In this document: positions 21,631-31,500 of the stretch, piece after piece | Layout of the letters: every line of letters starts with the position of its first letter | How positions within the stretch are numbered: position 1 is the stretch's first letter | Origin: an uncultured Pseudomonadota bacterium | Lineage (GTDB): Bacteria; Pseudomonadota; Alphaproteobacteria; Rs-D84 | Assembly (NCBI GenBank): GCA_947306185.1 | Contig: CAMZFU010000001.1 | Span: 23,952-87,951 of the forward strand | Reading direction: 5' to 3' | DNA: 64,000 nucleotides | Made by a program: the position numbers and the translations under genes | The notes under the pieces: model-generated | Told to the model about the DNA's origin: nothing | Database searches by the model: none | Seen by the model: the letters and a program-made list of their open reading frames with translations, nothing else

Positions 21631-23268
21631 TTAATAAACCCCCGGTCTATCCAGCAAACCGACCCAACGTTCTAATTCATCAACACCGATTATCCCACGC
21701 AACATCAATTCACTTGCCGCCTCTTTCAATGTACGACCATCCATTTCTTCTAACCAATATTTCACCGCGGCATCTGTGTCACCGGAAAGTGCAAGTTTTA
21801 GAAATTCACTATTTGTAATAATAATTTCACCGGCCTTGATACGTCCATGGGTACCCGTTCCGCCACAATGTTCACATCCCGCCCCACGAATATACACCTG
21901 TTTCAATCCGATCTCTCCAAATGCATCCATAACACGATTATATTCAGAATGTTCGGGGTGATCCGCCAAATGTTCACGACAATGCGGGCACAACCGTTTA
22001 AACAAACGCATAGAAACAAGCCCTCGCATCATCGTTTCTTCTTTTAATTTGAATGCCTCAACCCCCATATCCAATAAACGCACCAATGCAGCCATCGCAG
22101 AATTTGCATGTAATGTTGTCCAAACATTATGCCCAGACAGCGCACCTTTGACCGTTAATTGTGCCGCGGCAAGTGTTCGTATTTCACCAACCATCAATGT
22201 ATCAGGGTCACTGCGTAATGCGGCGGCCAACGCCTCGGTATATTCAGATTCACGTTGTTCTTCGGTTGCGGTATTAACAACAGGAATCTGGTGCGCACCG
22301 AATATTTTTTGCTCAACCGGGTCTTCAACCGTAATAAGGTTTATTTCATAATGATGTTCCTTTAACATCAAAACCATATTACGAACAAGTGTTGTCGATT
22401 TACCAGAACTTGTCGGCCCCGCAACGACAACCAATCCTGTCGGATAAGAACGCAAACGATGCAATAAACGCTGTTCATATTTACCAAATTCTTGTTCGGT
22501 TGTTATATTTTCAGATGGGTTATCATACAACAATCGCATAACAACATATCGTGATCCAAATGCAATCGGATTGAATTGCATTCTGATACTAAGCACCCCC
22601 TGGGGCAGATATAAATCTTTGGTTCCACGCAAAGGTGTACGACCATCTTTCTGGGCCGATTGATATTCATTTTGCGCATAGTTTGCATTTGAAATATCAG
22701 CTGATGCAAATGCCGCACGAACAAAAGATTCACCCCAGCCAGAATTGAATTCCAATACTGGTTGCATACTGCCGTCTATGCGAAAATATATTGTTGTTTG
22801 GTCTGCAACCTCGATATGAATATCAGAAACTTTTTGTGCCGCCGCGCGCGCAACAATATCAACAAAATCTTTCTGCATTTGATTGTTATAATCAACGCGC
22901 GATTTTATCGCATCCCCAAGTTTGTTTTCGTGATATGCATATATTGCGGAAACCAACCCCAAATCAGAATAAAACGGTATACGCAATGGACGATTTTTTT
23001 TGGTTAACAAATCCATAAAGGCCAGCACACGACCATCATATCTGTGTGTACGAGAAATTACAATGCATCCACCAGAAAAGTATGCCAATAACCCTTGCGT
23101 TTCTTTTGGTAATTCAAATTCACCGCCTGGTGCGGTCAAAAGTTTATTACCTTCGGAAAAAAGATATTCTACGATTTCTTTATTATCGGCATGTTCTAAC
23201 CCAGCCGGAACAGACGGTTTCCGGGAAATCGGCAAGTTATCCAAAACGCCATTATTTTCGGTCTTCAT
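21631..23268 (-). CDS. Type IV pilus / T2SS assembly ATPase (GspE/PilB/BfpD/PilQ family)
   Basis: Walker A VVAGPTSSGKST. SDIHIE and RIDG motifs. Walker B DPDTLMVGEIRT. His box GHNVWTTLHANSA. C-terminal tetracysteine CPHC…CEHC zinc motif. Confidence 0.85.
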   Translation of the reverse strand: MKTENNGVLDNLPISRKPSVPAGLEHADNKEIVEYLFSEGNKLLTAPGGEFELPKETQGLLAYFSGGCIVISRTHRYDGRVLAFMDLLTKKNRPLRIPFYSDLGLVSAIYAYHENKLGDAIKSRVDYNNQMQKDFVDIVARAAAQKVSDIHIEVADQTTIYFRIDGSMQPVLEFNSGWGESFVRAAFASADISNANYAQNEYQSAQKDGRTPLRGTKDLYLPQGVLSIRMQFNPIAFGSRYVVMRLLYDNPSENITTEQEFGKYEQRLLHRLRSYPTGLVVVAGPTSSGKSTTLVRNMVLMLKEHHYEINLITVEDPVEQKIFGAHQIPVVNTATEEQRESEYTEALAAALRSDPDTLMVGEIRTLAAAQLTVKGALSGHNVWTTLHANSAMAALVRLLDMGVEAFKLKEETMMRGLVSMRLFKRLCPHCREHLADHPEHSEYNRVMDAFGEIGLKQVYIRGAGCEHCGGTGTHGRIKAGEIIITNSEFLKLALSGDTDAAVKYWLEEMDGRTLKEAASELMLRGIIGVDELERWVGLLDRPGVY

Positions 23269-23269
23269 T

Positions 23270-24010
23270 TTATTTTGCTAATTCCGTCTTGTTTTTACTG
23301 CCAACATTAAGTGTTTGTGTTTCGCCATCTTTGATAAACGTAACACCTTCGTCCAATGATATAGATTTCACCATAAATCCATCAACATCTTTACCAACGC
23401 TGATTTTTTTATTTTGTCCGTTTGCTAAATCTTGGATTGTCGCCTGTAACTGTTCGCCTGCACCATAAACATTTATAAGTTTATACCTTTTTGTAATTTC
23501 TGTTTCTGGTTGTTCTTCTTCGGCAATAAATGATTTCTTTGAGGCCGCAGATGCCGCCGCAGTCAATGCACCAACCGGCGACACTTGATTTGCATCCAAT
23601 GCTTCTTTTTCTTTTTCCAAACGTTTTGCTTCGGCCTCTAAACGAACACGTTCTGTTTCAAATTCCTGCTGTTGCTGTTCTGCACGGCCGGATAGCGTGT
23701 CTATTTCCATATGCAATTTTATTTTTTCGGCCGCCAACCTATCCAAATCAAGATTCAACTGTGCGCGTTCTTTTTCTAATTGCATTAAAACCTTTTCTTG
23801 TTCCAAATCTGTGATTTGTTGGAACAAGGAACCTTCAATCTGATAATCTTCAATTGCACCCGCAGAAATTTCATCGTTCAATTCATCAACGTTATTAACA
23901 GATTCTATAACATCTATGACATTATCAAATTCCGTTGGCTCATCCGCGTGCGCCACAGATGCGATTCCAACCACAAAGATACACAATAATATTTTTATTT
24001 TACTTTGCAT
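23270..24010 (-). CDS. Periplasmic coiled-coil protein, PilP/BfpU-like position in the operon
   Basis: Signal peptide MQSKIKILLCIFVVGIASVAHA. Long Q/E coiled coil. Small C-terminal beta domain. Confidence 0.35.
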   Translation of the reverse strand: MQSKIKILLCIFVVGIASVAHADEPTEFDNVIDVIESVNNVDELNDEISAGAIEDYQIEGSLFQQITDLEQEKVLMQLEKERAQLNLDLDRLAAEKIKLHMEIDTLSGRAEQQQQEFETERVRLEAEAKRLEKEKEALDANQVSPVGALTAAASAASKKSFIAEEEQPETEITKRYKLINVYGAGEQLQATIQDLANGQNKKISVGKDVDGFMVKSISLDEGVTFIKDGETQTLNVGSKNKTELAK

Positions 24011-25304
24011 AGATTATCACCTCATAGTTCCAGATTTTCTTTATCATATTCCATGACACTTTTGTCATGTACACCCCGCCGAAACCGTCAAAGATTTGCA
24101 TAAACTCATACGGTATCATTTTTGATTCTGCGGAAACTTCAACAACATATATCTCTGCGGATTGCGTACTGTTTGCAATAACATCCGATGTAATATTCAT
24201 ATTCACATCAAGTTTTATTGCCTGAAATCTGCTTGTTAATTCGCGCACTATTGTATCCGCATCGCGTTCATCACGTGATGGCGACGGCACACGTTCCGGT
24301 AACTTTGCACGCACAGATATTTCATTATCACTTAATTCTTGTACAAAAACCCCAGGCATAATTTCCGCGGCCACCGCATAAAAATCATCCAATGTTCCAA
24401 AAGAACGTCTGAAAACCGCACTAACATATTTTTCTTCACATTCTGCCGAAACCTGAACCCAACCCGTAACCGGTTGCATCAAAAAACCAATCGCCTTGTA
24501 ACACAAATCTGCGCGTTCAATTGCATCTGGTAATAAATCAAACGGCATCACAAGTGGTTCTATGACCGGTTCTTGGTGCAAGTTATATTCTTTATCCAAC
24601 TCTTTATTCTTGGCCTCAATTTGTCGTTTATATTCCGCGGCAAGTTCTGGGTTTATCTTGGCAACTTGTGGTGTTGCGGTAAACATCTGATTTATTGGTT
24701 CACGGAATAGATACAAGAACAATAACGCAAATAAAAACAACATTAAAAATGACACTGCACCCGCCCCCATACGACTTATTGGATGCAAAGTACCATGTGT
24801 ATTTACCGACAATAATTCACGCAAATCACGATCAATCGCACGTGGCATTCCCCATTCTGACGGCGCAATCAAAGCATTCCAATCTGGGATATCGGTTAAT
24901 TCCGCATACTTTTCACGCGCATCAGTTTCATTATCGAACAACAAATCGTGCAGTATCACGCCATTTCTAACTGCAATTAAAATATATTTACCATCAATAT
25001 GAAATGCGCATAACATAGATGCGTATCCAGGCAAAGATTCTATAATTTCGGCTGCAAGTGACGGCATACCAGAACGCTGACCCAAACTACGTGCCCCAAG
25101 GCCAATCATATCACCATATGCAATATAACGATTTAATCTACGGTCAATACCACGGGCCAATTTTGCCGCATATGCACGTGGTGTGAAGCCCGCAACCATC
25201 GGTTGCCACAACAACCCAGCGGCATATTTTTTCCGTCTAATGTGTACATATTGGCCTGACAATTTCTCTCTCCCGATACATATCGTGATAGAATTATAAC
25301 ACAA
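24000..25304 (-). CDS. Bitopic inner-membrane protein (cytoplasmic N-domain, one TM, periplasmic domain), BfpC/PilO(R64)-like position
   Basis: 434 aa. Single TM GAGAVSFLMLFLFALLFLYLF at mid-length. Immediately upstream of and overlapping the ATPase operon. Confidence 0.35.
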   Translation of the reverse strand: MCYNSITICIGREKLSGQYVHIRRKKYAAGLLWQPMVAGFTPRAYAAKLARGIDRRLNRYIAYGDMIGLGARSLGQRSGMPSLAAEIIESLPGYASMLCAFHIDGKYILIAVRNGVILHDLLFDNETDAREKYAELTDIPDWNALIAPSEWGMPRAIDRDLRELLSVNTHGTLHPISRMGAGAVSFLMLFLFALLFLYLFREPINQMFTATPQVAKINPELAAEYKRQIEAKNKELDKEYNLHQEPVIEPLVMPFDLLPDAIERADLCYKAIGFLMQPVTGWVQVSAECEEKYVSAVFRRSFGTLDDFYAVAAEIMPGVFVQELSDNEISVRAKLPERVPSPSRDERDADTIVRELTSRFQAIKLDVNMNITSDVIANSTQSAEIYVVEVSAESKMIPYEFMQIFDGFGGVYMTKVSWNMIKKIWNYEVIIYAK

Positions 25305-25373
25305 ACCGACAAATCAATTCCAGTATAAAAAAACCGTTATATAAATAACGGCCTTATTTTTATGTCTTTTATC

Positions 25374-25811
25374 TTATCTGGTTACACATCCACCTGGTGG
25401 AACACCGTAAAAACCCGCACTCTCACATTTTGTGATTTCGTGTTCTGGCATTGGTTGATCAGACCGCGCAGTTTTAACATTCAACACATTCGGACAATCG
25501 TAAACATTTGCCGCCAATATAAAACTACGTTCTGGACCAAACACAACCCATTCGTTTGGTTTTGTCCGTTCACTAACAATCCAATACGCATTACCTGGAC
25601 GCGCCTGATCAGCAATACGATTTTCAAGATATCTGCGCGCATCATCTTGGTCATACACAGAAACAGATGATTCCAGTTTATACAAGAAAACGCACCCAAT
25701 TGGTTCGCCATCCAGTTGTTTAAGATGTTCACTGCCGTTTTCATTTTTTATATATCCACCACAACCAACCATCACAAACGCGGCAAACAACAAAGCCAAA
25801 TATTTTTTCAT
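25374..25811 (-). CDS. Small lipoprotein (145 aa)
   Basis: Lipobox LLFAAFVMVGC-GG. Sits 25 nt downstream of lpxC. Confidence 0.5.
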   Translation of the reverse strand: MKKYLALLFAAFVMVGCGGYIKNENGSEHLKQLDGEPIGCVFLYKLESSVSVYDQDDARRYLENRIADQARPGNAYWIVSERTKPNEWVVFGPERSFILAANVYDCPNVLNVKTARSDQPMPEHEITKCESAGFYGVPPGGCVTR

Positions 25812-25836
25812 TCTTCTTCCCTTCCTTTTTTATCTA

Positions 25837-26772
25837 CTACGCGTCAATTATATCATAATTGTTGGGATTACTAAACAATTTTTTAAGAACCATATTATTC
25901 ATTGCGTGGCTGCCCTTATAAGATTCTAAATTTCCAACAACAAAACCACCCGATGTAAACATATCGCCAATCGCATCTATGATTTTATGCCGCACAAATT
26001 CATCTGGCCAAAAAACCTTATTCAATGTGGCATCCCCGGCATCATTCAATGCAATAATATTATTTTCATTTGCGCCACGTGCCATACCATGCGCCTTTAA
26101 ATATTCCCATTCAGAATATTTACCAAATGTTCGGGCACGGGCGATATTTTTCACAAAATCTTTGACCGATTTGGCACTACCATCAAAAGAATAAGAAAAA
26201 CTCTGTTCCCCGATAATTTTTTCTTTGTAAACCAATGTTGCACATATATCCAAACAATTGTTATCAGATGGCGATAATTTAACAAACCCATCTAATTTAC
26301 GCCCCGATAATAAATTCATAATATATATTTTCATACGCGTAATAAATGACACCTGGCGCAGGGCTTCACGTGATGTAACAATGACTGGCCGGCGAACAAT
26401 GACCTTTTTCAGTTTTCCTGTCGTCACCCCCCCATCGGCAATTGCATTATAAAATTCAATCGCACTGCCGTCCAATATCGGTGTTTCCGGGCCGTCAATA
26501 TCAATAATCGCGCTATCAACCCCGGCAATAAATAATGCAGCCATTAAATGTTCAATTGTCTTAACATGCGCGCCATCCAATTTTCCAACGGTGGTATTGC
26601 GCATTTTTGTGTCACCAACATTATCAAACAATGCCAAAATCTTATTTTTTGGCATATCAGTACGATGAAAAAAAATACCATTTTCTTTTGATGGTTTTAT
26701 AACCATACTTACCGGCAATCCCGAATGAATTCCAACACCAGAAAACTTAATTTGTTTTTTTACTGTTGGCAT
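25837..26772 (-). CDS. lpxC: UDP-3-O-acyl-N-acetylglucosamine deacetylase
   Basis: FSGVGIHSG N-terminus. ARTFG…EFVRHKIIDAIGD…SGH C-terminal motifs co-linear with E. coli LpxC. Confidence 0.9.
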   Translation of the reverse strand: MPTVKKQIKFSGVGIHSGLPVSMVIKPSKENGIFFHRTDMPKNKILALFDNVGDTKMRNTTVGKLDGAHVKTIEHLMAALFIAGVDSAIIDIDGPETPILDGSAIEFYNAIADGGVTTGKLKKVIVRRPVIVTSREALRQVSFITRMKIYIMNLLSGRKLDGFVKLSPSDNNCLDICATLVYKEKIIGEQSFSYSFDGSAKSVKDFVKNIARARTFGKYSEWEYLKAHGMARGANENNIIALNDAGDATLNKVFWPDEFVRHKIIDAIGDMFTSGGFVVGNLESYKGSHAMNNMVLKKLFSNPNNYDIIDA

Positions 26773-27676
26773 TTAATTTCTCCTTTAACCAATCGAAAAA
26801 CTTTGGGTCAATAACGGTTTCAAGTTTTGCATATTTAATATTACGACGCGCATCATTCGGTAAACGCACCCAGTCCTTTTCGGTAGTAACAAGTTTTGCC
26901 TTTTTGCGTTTTGCAATTTTTTCAAGTTCCGCTATATCCTCATCTGTATATTGATAATGGTCACCAAACGCACGATGTCCAACCAAACCATCTAACGATT
27001 TAAAAAACTTTTTCGGATACCCTATTCCCGCAAAAGCAAACACGCGCACATTTTTATCATATGGTGATATCGTTTTGTTTTCTGCATAAAATACTGGCAC
27101 ACCGTCGGGCAATTTGAATTTACGTTTAGTATTTTTCTCGTTTTTTATAACAATAATCGCATCTGCCTTTTTGGCATGGTGCTTTGGTTCACGCAGGGGT
27201 CCCGCCGGCAACAAAAACCCATTTCCAAAACCAATCATTTGATCAAAAACCAAAATAGATACATCTTTTTTAATAAGGGGATTTTGCAAACCATCGTCCA
27301 TTAAAATTGGGCCTTTTTCATTTTTTTGCCGATCCAATAACATTATATTACTCTTGCGATGCCCCACATGAACCGCGATACCATCAGACATTAACATTGC
27401 GGCTTCGTCCCCAATATTTCCGGTACTGGCCGTGCGTTTATACCCACGCATAACTACCGGCGCATCCAGGTAATTTGCAATTACACGCACAATTGGCGTT
27501 TTGCCGACCCCACCCGCCAATATTCCACCGATACAAACAACTTTGCGCCGTGAATTGTACGCAAACATACGGCGCCAGTTAAACACAACGCGCGACACCA
27601 AATAATAAACCCACGAAATTGGCAACAATAAAAAAGCCAACGGTGTTTTATGCAAGAACCACCACGGTGTTTTCAT
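26747..27676 (-). CDS. lpxK: Tetraacyldisaccharide 4'-kinase
   Basis: LLLPISWVY…VVCIGGILAGGVGKTP (P-loop) and DDGLQ motifs co-linear with E. coli LpxK. Confidence 0.85.
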   Translation of the reverse strand: MKTPWWFLHKTPLAFLLLPISWVYYLVSRVVFNWRRMFAYNSRRKVVCIGGILAGGVGKTPIVRVIANYLDAPVVMRGYKRTASTGNIGDEAAMLMSDGIAVHVGHRKSNIMLLDRQKNEKGPILMDDGLQNPLIKKDVSILVFDQMIGFGNGFLLPAGPLREPKHHAKKADAIIVIKNEKNTKRKFKLPDGVPVFYAENKTISPYDKNVRVFAFAGIGYPKKFFKSLDGLVGHRAFGDHYQYTDEDIAELEKIAKRKKAKLVTTEKDWVRLPNDARRNIKYAKLETVIDPKFFDWLKEKLNANSKKTN

Positions 27677-27678
27677 CT

Positions 27679-28458
27679 TTAACGATACCTTTTGGTAAGT
27701 TTGGGTTCCAATCCTTGCTTTTTTGCGCGTTTGAATGCGCGTGATTTTAACCCAGGTTCCACCACATACAGGTTAAATTCCGCATCTAGTTCGCGCAATT
27801 GTGCAACCATAATATCTTCCAATTCTTGACGTTTAGATTCAAATTCTTCAGCCGACACTTTGGAATCAATATACATAGGTTCACCTATTTTGCATTTTAT
27901 CTTGGTAAAGGGGTACACCAATAAATACCTATCCCACCGATTTTGTATCCATACATGCCTGGCTGAAAAACATACTGGAATAATCGGTGCCCCAGTCATT
28001 TTTGCAAAATATAGTGCCCCTTCTTGAACATGCAATGACGGCCCCCCAGGACCATCTGGCGAAATGCACAGCGAATGATCCCCCCGGCGCAAAGCCCTAA
28101 CACCCTCACGCAGAACGGATATTCCACCGCTATGCGAACTGCCGTAAATGGCACGCAGGCCGAATAAATGCTGTAATTTTGCCATCATACGACCATCTTT
28201 GTGTTTGGAAGTAATCGCATAAGATTTCATTCCCCCAAGGCACACAATTGGCGACAGCATCAAACTGCGCCCGTGCCAGAACGCAAATATTGCGGGTTTG
28301 TGCTTGAATTTCTTAAATGTTTCATAATTCACTATTTCTTTGCGACATGTAAAGTAAATAAACCACATCATCGCGGCCATAAATATAACGATTATCCATT
28401 GCAACAAGGAAATCCCCAGTATGACGCCCCAAAAATTTTTCCATATCTTTCTAAACAT
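27679..28458 (-). CDS. DUF374 / lysophospholipid-acyltransferase-like membrane protein (frequently linked to kdtA/lpxK)
   Basis: N-terminal TM. FWHGRSL motif. Confidence 0.45.
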   Translation of the reverse strand: MFRKIWKNFWGVILGISLLQWIIVIFMAAMMWFIYFTCRKEIVNYETFKKFKHKPAIFAFWHGRSLMLSPIVCLGGMKSYAITSKHKDGRMMAKLQHLFGLRAIYGSSHSGGISVLREGVRALRRGDHSLCISPDGPGGPSLHVQEGALYFAKMTGAPIIPVCFSARHVWIQNRWDRYLLVYPFTKIKCKIGEPMYIDSKVSAEEFESKRQELEDIMVAQLRELDAEFNLYVVEPGLKSRAFKRAKKQGLEPKLTKRYR

Positions 28459-28544
28459 AACGGTTAGATTTTACCAACAAAAAAACCATATTTCAAGTAT
28501 ACATTAGGAATCCAACATTTTACCCTAGGAATAAATATCAAAAT

Positions 28545-31500
28545 TTGTTAAAATATAGACCGAAACTATGGGGGAATGTTATGATAAATGCGTCTAATCC
28601 AATATTGGAACAAAGCGATTTCGAGGCATTGCGCCTTTATGACCCCGATAGTACATTGCATAAAGAAATTGGTGAAAAAGTCCGCCAAATTTTTATAAAA
28701 CTGTTCCAAAATACCGATATAAATATTGACGATTTCTATTTTACCGGTTACGACAGCGATGAAGCCAATGCATTTTTTATCGAAGGTTCTAACACCAAAA
28801 ACGGCAAAAATGTTATCGCTGTGTCTTATGGTTTGATTATGGCATTATCAAACACCGAAGAATTAGCGGCAATTATCGGACACGAATGCGGACATTACCT
28901 GTGGTCACAATTATTGGGCGGCCGAAACACAATATTCCAAGAACGCGCCGCGGACCTGCGTTCGGTTGATTTAATGATAAACGGCGGATATAACCCACGC
29001 AATGTTTTGTCGGCCGAAAACAAGGTTTTTGGTCAATCTGGTAAAAAAATAGATTATCAAAGTGTGACCTTGGATGTTCATGGCAACAGTTTTAATCGTA
29101 TTGAAGATGTTAAAACATACCTAACCAAATTATCATTGGAACGCGGATATTTCCCCGAAGTTAACCCATCCGACCCCGAATACGATGCATTTAAACAAAA
29201 AATACAAGAAACCAGAAAAAACGAACCATATCTTTCTTTTCTTGATAAGGCAATACAGGAGTGGGCAAGTAATTCATTTAAATTCGCACCCAACGAACGT
29301 GCACAGACATTAGATGCGATAGATTATTATTTAGATGAAATAGTAAAAAACGAAACGCGACTTAATGACCTTGTAAAAGTTTATAAAACATTTGATTATG
29401 CAAATAAACCGGCTTCCGAAGATCACTTTAACCATGAAACAACCCTACTGGAAAGAATTGTTGATAAACTTATTGAAAAATCTGAAACAAATCCAACTAT
29501 TGAAAAATACATTTGGCAAATATTAAGTCTTTCTCAACTTAAATTTTATGGGAAGTTTAACACATTATATTATGCTATTGGGGACCTAATATCTTCATTT
29601 GAACATAATGTTGAAGAAGCCGCCCAAAAAATTATTGAAAATGCGGTATATATTCCACTGGCAACCGCATTAACAGATTTTACAGAACACACTATTGAAT
29701 TTGTCCCAGACAAATATACTATCGGTAAAAAACCATATTGGGTTCGCCTAAGGGAAAAGAATAATCCAGAAATAAATCAGGCACTTAGTTTGGTATCACA
29801 AAGACCAACCCGTATGTTGGTATATAATGAAAAAGATTATATGTATGATAAAGACGGAAACATAATCGCGTACGGCGAAAAATGTGCCAAACTTATTCAA
29901 GAAGAAAAAGAAAGAAAAAATATCGCCCAAGCAAATGAAATCTTTGATAAATTGGCAAATGCACACATAGAACAACTGGCACAATATGAAAAAATAAAAG
30001 ATTTCGTGGACGGAAAAATTGATCCAAAAAATATGGATTACGATTTTGTAATGAAAACATTTCAAGAATGGATTGTCGCCCCAAGCTTGGAAATGTTAAA
30101 CAACAGAAATGGTGAAGAATCCCAGTTAAAACAATATGTAAATAAACTTGATAAAACCAAAATACTAAGTCATTACAATGCGCTTATTTCTTCGTCATAT
30201 TATCGCGATTATAAAAAATACACAGACGAACTTGGAAATTCGCTTGAAATAAGCGCCCCGCAACAATTCCCCGAAGACACAGAAAATTCAGAAATATTAA
30301 AATGGATTTCATGTTTGTATGGTAGTCGGCTACAACAATATATAACCGAATGCACGGTATGTGACGCATATATAAAAATGGGTGAATACTATCATAAAAC
30401 AAATGCGTTGGCTTTAGAAGAAGAATTATACACAAACCTACTTAATAAGTCAGTCCGAAGTCAAGAAGAAACAAAACAATACATATCTGAAAAAGTACCA
30501 CTATACATATCAAAAAATCCGTTTGCCGGACCGCGTATGTATAGCGAAATAGTAAATGCAATTTTATCAGATATTGATAAAAACAAAACCGATATAATTG
30601 AAAATATTATCAAATGCCTTGGGTTTAAACGGTTGCCCAAAACCGAAGAAGAATTATTGTTCTTTATCAAACAAATGCAATTGTACAATTTCCATTATGT
30701 TAATGGTAATGTCGAAAGTGAACTTTGTGCATTTAATCCGTTCTTTCATTATGATACTGTTTATCCACAATTGAATATAACCGAAATTGGTACGGCATTA
30801 TTGGTCAACTATATGGCATCTGGGTACAAGTGTGATCCTATCAAAGTCATCAAATCGTTTGGATATGATACACCTTCTATATTCCTGCATAATTACAGAA
30901 ATATTTTAACAAAACTTATACCATACGAAATGTTTGACTCTTTTACATTGGAAGACAAAATATATTTATATGAATTTATGAATGAAAACACCGGGTTTTC
31001 CGAAGAAGCCGCAAATAAAAACTATTTTATAAAACAAATTGTTAATCAGATTATAACATACCCAGATTATAATACCGCCGTAGAATATGCGGAAAAGATA
31101 TTGATGCGTAAAAACATCTTTTATGCCACAGAAAAAAGAGACATCCATGATATAGAATTCGCGGTTGAACGTGAAAAATTAATAGATTTTTATTCTGATT
31201 ATTGGGCGCAAAAACTCGGGCGCGATGATGATTCACCAGAATTTGCACAAAAGGCACAAGAACTTGCGGGTTTCTTGGATTATGTTCCAGAACCCAAACG
31301 TCGATTCAATATTGGACGACTTAGTAGAGCCCGCGGGCCACGTAATTTTACCAAAAGTATGGCGGGGGCATTGGCGGATAAAATCGCAAATAAAATATAT
31401 GCCCAAGAAAACGTTACCAGAATTCTTGATTCTGTAAATGACAGAACTATTAAGGGTGGCGATGCGGAAAGGTTTGATTCCTTTGGTCGCGATGCCGATG

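Noticed and set aside
25374-25811. 145-aa lipoprotein as the pilotin/PilM-like component of the T4bP-like cluster
   Set aside because: It is separated from the pilus operon by a promoter-containing gap and is tightly linked (25 nt) to lpxC instead. No secretin gene for it to pilot lies in the window.
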